This document shows, in pieces, positions 9,611-22,450 of a stretch of 64,000 bases of DNA. Position 1 is the stretch's first letter. Each line of letters starts with the position of its first letter. Under the pieces are notes generated by a model. That model was not told where the DNA came from, did not search any database, and saw nothing but the letters and a program-made list of their open reading frames with translations. The DNA is taken from NCBI RefSeq assembly GCF_964355755.1, contig NC_092676.1:12198671-12262670 (forward strand). Reading direction: 5' to 3'. Both the position numbers and the translations under genes were made by a program. The DNA is from Antedon mediterranea. Its lineage: Eukaryota; Animalia; Echinodermata.

Positions 9611-12600
9611 ACAAAAACATCAAAGTGCTTAAAATCACATTTAAAACCGTTTTAGAGCGTTTTGAGCATTTCGATAAACTTTTCACACAAAAACATCAAA
9701 GTGCACAAAATAGCTTCAAATCGCATTTAGAGATGTTTTAGACCATTTTGTGCATTTCGATAAAACTTTTCACACAAAAACATCAAATTGCACAAAATAG
9801 CTTAATACCGTGTTAGAAATCGTTTTAAACCATTTTGAGCATGTCGATAAAACTTTTCACACAAAAACATCAAAGTGCACAGAATATCTTCAAATCGCAT
9901 TTAGAGACGTTTTAGACCATTTTGTGCATTTCGAAAAAATTTGTTAACATAAAAAGACCAAAGTGTTTAGAATATCTCCAAATCGCATTTGGAGACGTTT
10001 TAGACCATTTTGTGCATTTCGATGAAACTTGGTTACACAAAAACATCAAAGTGCTTAAAATCACATTTGAAACTGTTTTAGAGCATTTTGAGCATTTCGA
10101 TAAAACTTTTCACACAAAAACATCAAAGTGTACAAAATAGCTTCAAATCACATTTGAAACCGTTTTAGACCATTTTGAGCATTTCGATAAAACTTTTCAC
10201 ACAAAAACATCAAAGTGTACAAAATAGCTTCAAATCGCATTTGGAGACGTTTTAGACCATTTTGTGCATTTCGATGAAACTTGGTTACACAAAAACATCA
10301 AAGTGCTTAAAATCACATTTGAAACCGTTTTAGAGCATTTTTAGCATTTCGATAATACTTTTCACACAAAAACATCAAAGTGTACAAAATAGCTTCAAAT
10401 CGCATTTGGAGACGTTTTAGACCATTTTGTGCATTTCGATGAAACTTGGTTACACAAAAACATCAAAGTGCTTAAAATCACATTTGAAACCGTTTTAGAC
10501 CATTTTGAGCATTTCGATAAAACTTTTCACACAAAAAAATCAAAGTGCACAAAATAGCTTCAAATCGCATTTGGAGACGTTTTAAACCATTTTGTGCATT
10601 TCGATGGAACTTGGTTACACAAAAACATCAAAGTGCTTAAAATCACATTTAAAACCGTTTTAGAGCATTTTGAGCATTTCGATAAAACTTTTCACACAAA
10701 AACATCAAAGTGTACAAAATAGCTTCAAATCGCATTTAGAGACGTTTTAGACCATTTTGTGCATTTCGATAAAACTTTTCACACAAAAACATCAAAGTGT
10801 ACAAAATAGCTTCAAATCGCATTTAGAGACGTTTTAGACCATTTTGGGCATTTCGATGAAACTTGGTTACACAAATACATAAAAGTGCTTAAAATCACAT
10901 TTCAAGCCGTTTTAGAGCATTTTGAGCATTTCGATAAAACTTTTCACACAAAAACATCAAAGTGCACAGAATATCTTCAAATCGCATTTAGAGACGTTTT
11001 AGACCATTTTGTGCATTTCGAAAAAATTTGTTAACATAAAAAGACCAAAGTGTTTAGAATATCTCCAAATCGTATTTGGAGACGTTTTAGACCATTTTGT
11101 GTTTTTCGAAAAAACTTTTCACACAAAAACATCAAAGTGTACAAAATTGCTTCAAATCGCATTTGGAGACGTTTTAGACCATTTTGTGATTTTTGAAAAA
11201 ATTTGTTAACATAAAAAGACCAAAGTGTTTAGAATATCTCCAAATCGCATTTGGAGACGTTTTAAACCATTTTGTGAATTTCGATGGAACTTGGTTACAC
11301 AAAAACATCAAAGTGCTTAAAATCACATTTAAAACCGTTTTAGAGCATTTTGAGCATTTCGATAAAACTTTTCACACAAAAACATCAAAGTGTACAAAAT
11401 AGCTTCAAATCGCATTTAGAGAGGTTTTAGACCATTTTGTGCATTTCGATAAAACTTTTCACACAAAAACTTCAAAGTGTACAAAATAGCTTCAAATCGC
11501 ATTTAGAGACTTTTTGACCATTTTGTGCATTTTGATAAAACTTTTCACACAAAAACATCAAATTGCACAAAATAGCTTAATACCGTGTTTGAAATCGTTT
11601 TAAACCATTTTGAGCATGTCGATAAAACTTTTCACAAAAAAACATCAAAGTGCACAGAATAGCTTCAAATCGCATTTGGAGACGTTTTAAACCATTTTGT
11701 GCATTTCGATAAAACTTTTCACATAAAAACATCAAAGTGTACAAAATAGCTTCAATTCGCATTTAGAGACGTTTTAGACCATTTTGGGCATTTCGATGAA
11801 ACTTGGTTACACAAATACATAAAAGTGCTTAAAATCACATTTCAAACCGTTTTAGAGCATTTTGAGTATTTCGATAAAACTTTTCACACAAAAACATCAA
11901 AGTGCACAAAATAGATTCAAATCGCATTTGGAGACGTTTTAGACCATTTTGTGCATTTCAAAAAAACTTTTTAACATAAAAACACCAAAGTGCTTAGAAT
12001 AGCTTCAAATCGCATTTGGAGACGTTTTAGACCATTTTGTGCATTTCGACTAAACTTGGTTACACAAAAACATCAAAGTGCTTAAAATCACATTTGAAAC
12101 CGTTTTAGAGCATTTTGAGCATTTCGATAAAACTTTTCACACAAAAACATAAAAGTGTACAAAATAGCTTCAAATCACATTTGAAACCGTTTTAGACCAT
12201 TTTGAGCATTTCGAAAAAATTTTTCACACAAAAACATCAAAGTGTACAAAATAGCTTCAAATCGCATTTGGAGACGTTTTAGACCATTTTGTGCATTTCG
12301 ATGAAACTTGGTTAAACAAAAACATCAAAGTGCTTAAAATCACATTTGAAAGCGTTTTAGAGCATTTTGAGCATTTCGATAATACTTTTCACACAAAAAC
12401 ATCAAAGTGTACAAAATAGCTTCAAATCGCATTTGGAGACGTTTTAGACCATTTTGTGCATTTCGATGAAACTTGGTTACACAAAAACATCAAAGTGCTT
12501 AAAATCACATTTGAAACCGTTTTAGACCATTTTGAGCATTTCGATAAAACTTTTCACACAAAAAAATCAAAGTGCACAAAATAGCTTCAAATCGCATTTG

Positions 12601-15600
12601 GAGACGTTTTAGACTATTTTGTGCATTTCGAAAAAATTTGTTAACATAAAAAGACCAAAGTGTTTAGAATATCTCCAAATCGCATTTGGAGACGTTTTAA
12701 ACCATTTTGTGCATTTCGATGGAACTTGGTTACACAAAAACATCAAAGTGCTTAAAATCACATTTAAAACCGTTTTAGAGCGTTTTGAGCATTTCGATAA
12801 ACTTTTCACACAAAAACATCAAAGTGCACAAAATAGCTTCAAATCGCATTTAGAGATGTTTTAGACCATTTTGTGCATTTCGATAAAACTTTTCACACAA
12901 AAACATCAAATTGCACAAAACAGCTTAATACCGTGTTTGAAATCGTTTTAAACCATTTTGAGCATGTCGATAAAACTTTTCACACAATAACATCAAAGTG
13001 CACAGAATATCTTCAAATCGCATTTAGAGACGTTTTAGACCATTTTGTGCATTTCGAAAAAAATTTGTTAACATAAAAAGACCAAAGTGTTTATAATAAC
13101 TCCAAATCGCATTTGGAGACGTTTTAGACCATTTTGTGCATTTCGATGAAACTTGGTTACACAAAAACATCAAAGTGCTTAAAATCACATTTGAAACCGT
13201 TTTAAAGCATTTTGTGCATTTCGATGAAACTTGGTTACACAAAAATATCAAAGTGCTTAAAATCACATTTAAAACCGTTTTAGAGCATTTTGAGCATTTC
13301 GATAAAACTTTTCACACAAAAACATCAAAGTGTACAAAATAGCTTCAAATCGCATTTAGAGACGTTTTAGACCATTTTGTGCATTTCGATAAAATTTTTC
13401 ACACAAAAACATCAAATTGCACAAAATAGCTTAATATCGTGTTTGAAAACGTTTTAAACCATTTTGAGCATGTCGATAAAACTTTTCACACAAAAATATC
13501 AAAGTGCACAGAATATCTTCAAATCACATTTAGAGACGTTTTAGACCATTTTGTGCATTTCGAAAAAGTTTGTTAACATAAAAAGACCAAAGTGTTTAGA
13601 ATATCTCCAAATCGCATTTGGAGACGTTTTAGACCATTTTGTGCATTTCGATGAAACTTGGTTACACAAAAACATCAAAGTGCTTAAAATCACATTTAAA
13701 ACCGTTTTAGAGCGTTTTGAGCATTTCGATAAACTTTTCACACAAAAACATCAAAGTGCACAAAATAGCTTCAAATCGCATTTAGAGATGTTTTAGACCA
13801 TTTTGTGCGTTTCGATAAAACTTTTCACACAAAAACATCAAAGTGCACAGAATAGCTTCAAATCGCATTTGGAGACGTTTTAGACCATTTTGTGCATTTC
13901 AAAAAAACTTTTTAACATAAAAACACCAAAGTGCTTAGAATCACATTTGAAACCGTTTTAGAGCATTTTGTGCATTTCGACGAAACTTGGTTACACAAAA
14001 ACATCAAAGTGCTTAAAATCACATTTGAAACCGTTTTAGAGCATTTTGAGCATTTCGATAAAACTTTTCACACAAAAACATCAAAGTGTACAAAATAGCT
14101 TCAAATCGCATTTAGAGAGGTTTTAGAGCATTTTGAGCATTTCGATAAAACTTTTCACACAAAAACATCAAAGTGTACAAAATAGCTTCAAATCACATTT
14201 GAAACCGTTTTAGACCATTTTGAGCATTTCGATAATACTTTTCACACAAAAACATCAAAGTGTACAAAATAGCTTCAAATCGCATTTGGAGACTTTTTAG
14301 ACCATTTTGTGCATTTCGATGAAACTTGGTTACACAAAAACATCAAAGTGCTTAAAATCACATTTGAAACCGTTTTAGAGCATTTTTAGCATTTCGATAA
14401 TACTTTTCACACAAAAACATCAAAGTGTACAAAATAGCTTCAAATCGCATTTGGAGACGTTTTAGACCATTTTGTGCATTTCGATGAAACTTGGTTACAC
14501 AAAAACATCAAAGTGCTTAAAATCACATTTGAAATCGTTTTAGACCATTTTGAGCATTTCGATAAAACTTTTCACACAAAAAAATCAAAGTGCACAAAAT
14601 AGCTTCAAATCGCATTTGGAGACGTTTTAGACTATTTTGTGCATTTCGAAAAAATTTGTTAACATAAAAAGACCAAAGTGTTTAGAATATCTCCAAATCG
14701 CATTTGGAGACGTTTTAAACCATTTTGTGCATTTCGATGGAACTTGGTTACACAAAAACATCAAAGTGCTTAAAATCACATTTAAAACCGTTTTAGAGCA
14801 TTTTGAGCATTTCGATAAAACTTTTCACACAAAAACATCAAAGTGTACAAAATAGCTTCAAATCGAATTTAGAGAGGTTTTAGACCATTTTGTGCATTTT
14901 GATAAAACTTTTCACACAAAAACATCAAATTGCACAAAATAGCTTAATACCGTGTTTGAAATCGTTTTAAACCATTTTGAGCATGTCGATAAAACTTTTC
15001 ACAAAAAAACATCAAAGTGCACAGAATAGCTTCAAATCGCATTTGGAGACGTTTTAAACCATTTTGTGCATTTCGATAAAACTTTTCACATAAAAACATG
15101 AAAGTGTACAAAATAGCTTCAAATCGCATTTAGAGACGTTTTAGACCATTTTGGGCATTTCGATGAAACTTAGTTACACAAATACATAAAAGTCCTTAAA
15201 ATCACATTTCAAACCGTTTTAGAGCATTTTGAGCATTTCGTTAAAACTTTTCACACAAAAACATCAAAGTGCACAAAATAGCTTCAAATCGCATTTAGAG
15301 ATGTTTTAGACCATTTTGTGCAATTCGATAAAACTTTTCACACAAAAACATCAAATTGCACAAAATAGCTTAATATCGTGTTTGAAAACGTTTTAGACAA
15401 TTTTGAGCATGTCGATAAAACTTTTCACACAAAAACATAAAAGTGAACAGAATAGCTTCAAATTGCATTTGGAGACGTTTTAGAGCATTTTGTGCATTTC
15501 GATAAAATGTGTTAACATTTCACACAAAAACATCAAAGTGCACAAAATAGCTTCAAATCGCATTTAGAGATGTTTTAGACCATTTTGTGCATTTCGATAA

Positions 15601-18600
15601 AACTTTTCACACAAAAACATCAAATTGCACAAAATAGCTTAATACCATGTTTGAAATCGTTTTAAACCATTTTGAGCATGTCGATAAAACTTTTCACAAA
15701 AAAACATCAAAGTGCACAGAATAGCTTCAAATCGCATTTGGAGACGTTTTAAACCATTTTGTGCATTTCGATAAAACTTTTCACATAAAAACATCAAAGT
15801 GTCCAAAATAGCTTCAAATCGCAGTTAGAGACGTTTTAGACCATTTTGGGCATTTATAAAAGTGCTTAAAATCACATTTCAAACCGTTTTAGAGCATTTT
15901 GAGCATTTCGATAAAACTTTTCACACAAAAACATCAAAGTGCACAAAATAGCTTCAAATCGCATTTAGAGATGTTTTAGACCATTTTGTGCAATTCGATA
16001 AAACTTTTCACACAAAAACATCAAAGTGCACAAAATAGCTTCAAATCGCATTTAGAGATGTTTTAGACCATTTTGTGCATTTCGATAAAACTTTTCACAC
16101 AAAAACATAAAAGTGAACAGAGTAGCTTCAAATTGCATTTGGAGACGTTTTAGAGCATTTTGTGCATTTCGATAAAATGGGTTAACATAAAAAGACCAAA
16201 GTGTTTAGAATATCTTCAAATCACATTTGGAGACGTTTTAGACCATTTTTGGCATTTCGATGAAACTTGGTTACACAAAAACATCAAAGTGCTTAAAATC
16301 ACATTTAAAACCGTTTTAGAGCATTTTGAGCATTTCGATAAAACTTTTCACACAAAAACATCAAAGTGTACAAAATAGCTTCAAATCGCATTTAGAGAGG
16401 TTTTAGACCATTTTGTGCATTTCGATAAAACTTTTCACACAAAAACATCAAAGTGTACAAAATAGCTTAATATCGTGTTTGAAAACGTTTTAAACCATTT
16501 TGAGCATGTCGATAAAACTTTTCACACAAAAATATCAAAGTGCACAGAATATCTTCAAATCGCATTTAGAGACGTTTTAGACCATTTTGTGCATTTCGAA
16601 AAAATGTGTTAACATAAAAAGACCAAAGTGTTTAGAATATCTCCAAATCACATTTGAAACCGTTTTAGAGCATTTTGTGCATTTCGACGAAACTTGGTTA
16701 CACAAAAACATCAAAGTGCTTAAAATCACATTTTAAACCGTTTTAGAGCATTTTGAGCATTTCGATAAAACTTTTCACACAAAAACATCAAAGTGTACAA
16801 AATAGCTTCAAATCGCATTTAGAGAGGTTTTAGAGCATTTTGAGCATTTCGATAAAACTTTTCACACAAAAACATCAAAGTGTACAAAATAGCTTCAAAT
16901 CACATTTGAAACCGTTTTAGACCATTTTGAGCATTTCGATAAAACTTTTCACACAAAAACATCAAAGTGTACAAAATAGCTTCAAATCGCATTTGGAGAC
17001 GTTTTAGACCATTTTGTGCATTTCGATGAAACTTGGTTACACAAAAACATCAAAGTGCTTAAAATCACATTTGAAACCGTTTTAGAGCATTTTTAGCATT
17101 TCGATAATACTTTTCACACAAAAACATCAAAGTGTACAAAATAGCTTCAAATCGCATTTGGAGACGTTTTAGACCATTTTGTGCATTTCGATGAAACTTG
17201 GTTACACAAAAACATCAAAGTGCTTAAAATCACATTTGAAATCGTTTTAGACCATTTTGAGCATTTCGATAAAACTTTTCACACAAAAAAATCAAAGTGC
17301 ACAAAATAGCTTCAAATCGCATTTGGAGACGTTTTAGACTATTTTGTGCATTTCGAAAAAATTTGTTAACATAAAAAGACCAAAGTGTTTAGAATATCTC
17401 CAAATCGCATTTGGAGACGTTTTAAACCATTTTGTGCATTTCGATGGAACTTGGTTACACAAAAACATCAAAGTGCTTAAAATCACATTTAAAACCCGTT
17501 TTAGAGCATTTTGAGCATTTCGATAAAACTTTTCACACAAAAACATCAAAGTGTACAAAATAGCTTCAAATCGCATTTAGAGAGGTTTTAGACCATTTTG
17601 TGCGTTTCGATAAAACTTTTCACACAAAAACATCAAAGTGCACAGAATAGCTTCAAATCGCATTTGGAGACGTTTTAGACCATTTTGTGCATTTCAAAAA
17701 AACTTTTTAACATAAAAACACCAAAGTGCTTAGAATCACATTTGAAACCGTTTTAGAGCATTTTGTGCATTTCGACGAAACTTGGTTACACAAAAACATC
17801 AAAGTGCTTAAAATCACATTTGAAACCGTTTTAGAGCATTTTGAGCATTTCGATAAAACTTTTCACACAAAAACATCAAAGTGTACAAAATAGCTTCAAA
17901 TCGCATTTAGAGAGGTTTTAGAGCATTTTGAGCATTTCGATAAAACTTTTCACACAAAAACATCAAAGTGTACAAAATAGCTTCAAATCACATTTGAAAC
18001 CGTTTTAGACCATTTTGAGCATTTCGATAAAACTTTTCACACAAAAACATCAAAGTGTACAAAATAGCTTCAAATCGCATTTGGAGACGTTTTAGACCAT
18101 TTTGTGCATTTCGATGAAACTTGGTTACACAAAAACATCAAAGTGCTTAAAATCACATTTGAAACCGTTTTAGAGCATTTTTAGCATTTCGATAATACTT
18201 TTCACACAAAAACATCAAAGTGTACAAAATAGCTTCAAATTGCATTTGGAGACGTTTTAGACCATTTTGTGCATTTCGATGAAACTTGGTTACACAAAAA
18301 CATCAAAGTGCTTAAAATCACATTTGAAATCGTTTTAGACCATTTTGAGCATTTCGATAAAACTTTTCACACAAAAAAATCAAAGTGCACAAAATAGCTT
18401 CAAATCGCATTTGGAGACGTTTTAGACTATTTTGTGCATTTCGAAAAAATTTGTTAACATAAAAAGACCAAAGTGTTTAGAATATCTCCAAATCGCATTT
18501 GGAGACGTTTTAAACCATTTTGTGCATTTCGATGGAACTTGGTTACACAAAAACATCAAAGTGCTTAAAATCACATTTAAAACCGTTTTAGAGCATTTTG

Positions 18601-19039
18601 AGCATTTCGATAAAACTTTTCACACAAAAACATCAAAGTGTACAAAATAGCTTCAAATCGCATTTAGAGAGGTTTTAGACCATTTTGTGCATTTCGATAA
18701 AACTTTTCACACAAAAACATCAAAGTGTACAAAATAGCTTCAAATCGCATTTAGAGACGTTTTAGACCATTTTGTGCATTTCGTTAAAACTTTTCACACA
18801 AAAACATCAAATTGCATAAAATAGCTTAATATCGTGTTTGAAAACGTTTTAAACCATTTTGAGCATGTCGATAAAACTTTTCACACAAAAATATCAAAGT
18901 GCACCGAATATCTTCAAATCGCATTTAGAGACGTTTTAGACCATTTTGTGCATTTCGGAAAAATTTGTTAACATAAAAAGACCAAAGTGTTTAGAATATC
19001 TCCAAATCGCATTTGGAGACGTTTTAGACCATTTTGTGC

Positions 19040-22000
19040 ATTTCGATGAAACTTGGTTACACAAAAACATCAAAGTGCTTAAAATCACATTTAAAACCGT
19101 TTTAGAGCGTTTTGAGCATTTCGATAAACTTTTCACACAAAAACATCAAAGTGCACAAAATAGCTTAAAATCGCATTTAGAGATGTTTTAGACCATTTTG
19201 TGCATTTCGATAAAACTTTTCACACAAAAACATCAAATTTCACAAAATAGCTTAATATCGTGTTTGAAAACGTTTTAAACCATTTTGAGCATGTCGATAA
19301 AACTTTTCACACAAAAATATCAAAGTGCACAGAATAGCTTCAATTCGCATTTGGAGACGTTTTAGACCATTTTGTGCATTTTGATAAAACTTTTCACACA
19401 AAAACATCAAATTGCACAAAATAGCTTAATATCGTGTTTGAAAACGTTTTAAACCATTTTGAGCATGTCGATAAAACTTTTCACTCAAAAATATCAAAGT
19501 GCACAGAATATCTTCAAATCGCATTTAGAGACGTTTTAGACCATTTTGTGCATTTCGAAAAAATTTGTTAACATAAAAAGACCAAAGTGTTTAGAATATC
19601 TCCAAATCGCATTTGGAGACGTTTTAGACCATTTTGTGTTTTTCGAAAAAACTTTTCACACAAAAACATCAAAGTGTACAAAATTGCTTCAAATCGCATT
19701 TGGAGACGTTTTAGACCATTTTGTGATTTTCGAAAAACTTTTCACACAAAAACATCAAAGTGTAGAAAATTGCTTCAAATCGCATTTAGAGACGTTTTAG
19801 ACCATTTTGTGCATTTCGAAAAAATTTGTTAACATAAAAAGACCAAAGTGTTTAGAATATCTCCAAATCGCATTTGGAGACGTTTTAGACCATTTTGTGT
19901 TTTTCGAAAAACTTTTCACACAAAAACAACAAAGTGTAGAAAATTCCTTCAAATCGCATTTAGAGACGTTTTAGACCATTTTGTGCATTTCGAAAAAACT
20001 TTTTAAAATAAAAACACCAAAGTGCTTAGAATAGCTTCAAATCGCATTTGGAGACGTTTTAGACCATTTTGTGCATTTCGATGCAACTTGGTTACACAAA
20101 AACATCAAAGTGCTTAAAATCACATTTGAAACCGTTTTAGAGCATTTTGAGCATTTCGATAAAACTTTTCACACAAAAACATCAAAGTGTACAAAATAGC
20201 TTCAAATCACATTTGAAACCGTTTTAGACCATTTTTAGCATTTCGATAAAACTTTTCACACAAAAACATCAAAGTGTACAAAATAGCTTCAAATCGCATT
20301 TGGAGACGTTTTAGACCATTTTGTGCATTTCGATGAAACTTGGTTACACAAAAACATCAAAGTGCTTAAAATTACAATTGAAAGCGTTTTAGAGCATTTT
20401 GAGCATTTCGATAATACTTTTCACACAAAAACATCAAAGTTTACAAAATAGCTTCAAATCGCATTTGGAGACGTTTTAGACCATTTTGGGCATTTCGATG
20501 AAACTTGGTTACACAAAAACATCAAAGTGGTTAAAATCACATTTGAAACCGTTTTAGACCATTTTGAGCGTTTCGATAAAACTTTTCACACAAAAAAATC
20601 AGAGTGCACAAAATTTCTTCAAATCGCATTTGGAGACGTTTTAGACTATTTTGTGCATTTCGAAAAAATTTGTTAACATAAAAAGACCAAAGTGTTTAGA
20701 ATATCTCCAAATCGCATTTGGAGACGTTTTAAACCATTTTGTGCATTTCGATGGAACTTGGTTACACAAAAACATCAAAGTGCTTAAAATCACATTTAAA
20801 ACCGTTTTAGAGCGTTTTGAGCATTTCGATAAACTTTTCACACAAAAACATCAAAGTGCACAAAATAGCTTAAAATCGCATTTAGAGATGTTTTAGACCA
20901 TTTTGTGCATTTCGATAAAACTTTTCACACAAAAACATCAAATTTCACAAAATAGCTTAATATCGTGTTTGAAAACGTTTTAAACCATTTTGAGCATGTC
21001 GATAAAACTTTTCACACAAAAATATCAAAGTGCACAGAATAGCTTCAATTCGCATTTGGAGACGTTTTAGACCATTTTGTGCATTTTGATAAAACTTTTC
21101 ACACAAAAACATCAAATTGCACAAAATAGCTTAATATCGTGTTTGAAAACGTTTTAAACCATTTTGAGCATGTCGATAAAACTTTTCACTCAAAAATATC
21201 AAAGTGCACAGAATATCTTCAAATCGCATTTAGAGACGTTTTAGACCATTTTGTGCATTTCGAAAAAATTTGTTAACATAAAAAGACCAAAGTGTTTAGA
21301 ATATCTCCAAATCGCATTTGGAGACGTTTTAGACCATTTTGTGTTTTTCGAAAAAACTTTTCACACAAAAACATCAAAGTGTACAAAATTGCTTCAAATC
21401 GCATTTGGAGACGTTTTAGACCATTTTGTGATTTTCGAAAAACTTTTCACACAAAAACATCAAAGTGTAGAAAATTGCTTCAAATCGCATTTAGAGACGT
21501 TTTAGACCATTTTGTGCATTTCGAAAAAATTTGTTAACATAAAAAGACCAAAGTGTTTAGAATATCTCCAAATCGCATTTGGAGACGTTTTAGACCATTT
21601 TGTGTTTTTCGAAAAACTTTTCACACAAAAACAACAAAGTGTAGAAAATTCCTTCAAATCGCATTTAGAGACGTTTTAGACCATTTTGTGCATTTCGAAA
21701 AAACTTTTTAAAATAAAAACACCAAAGTGCTTAGAATAGCTTCAAATCGCATTTGGAGACGTTTTAGACCATTTTGTGCATTTCGATGCAACTTGGTTAC
21801 ACAAAAACATCAAAGTGCTTAAAATCACATTTGAAACCGTTTTAGAGCATTTTGAGCATTTCGATAAAACTTTTCACACAAAAACATCAAAGTGTACAAA
21901 ATAGCTTCAAATCACATTTGAAACCGTTTTAGACCATTTTTAGCATTTCGATAAAACTTTTCACACAAAAACATCAAAGTGTACAAAATAGCTTCAAATC

Positions 22001-22450
22001 GCATTTGGAGACGTTTTAGACCATTTTGTGCATTTCGATGAAACTTGGTTACACAAAAACATCAAAGTGCTTAAAATTACAATTGAAAGCGTTTTAGAGC
22101 ATTTTGAGCATTTCGATAATACTTTTCACACAAAAACATCAAAGTTTACAAAATAGCTTCAAATCGCATTTGGAGACGTTTTAGACCATTTTGGGCATTT
22201 CGATGAAACTTGGTTACATAAAAACATCAAAGTGCTTAAAATCACATTTGAAACCGTTTTAGACCATTTTGAGCGTTTCGATAAAACTTTTCACACAAAA
22301 AAATCAGAGTGCACAAAATTTCTTCAAATCGCATTTGGAGACGTTTTAGACTATTTTGTGCATTTCGAAAAAAATTGTTAACATAAAAAGACCAAAGTGT
22401 TTAGAATATCTCCAAATCGCATTTGGAGACGTTTTAAACCATTTTGTGCA
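19040..22450. repeat. 1705-bp tandem duplication (higher-order repeat, 2 copies); boundaries approximate
   Basis: Private variants repeat at +1705: caaaaacaacaaag (19921/21626) and attacaattg (20371/22076). ORF-track starts 19546/21251 and 20651/22356 show the same offset. Confidence 0.88.

Noticed and set aside
10599-10615. CENP-B-box-like 17-mer TTTCGATGGAACTTGGT in B monomers
   Set aside because: Matches TTCG....A and the last GG but lacks the essential CG of CGGG, so it is not a functional box by the established consensus.
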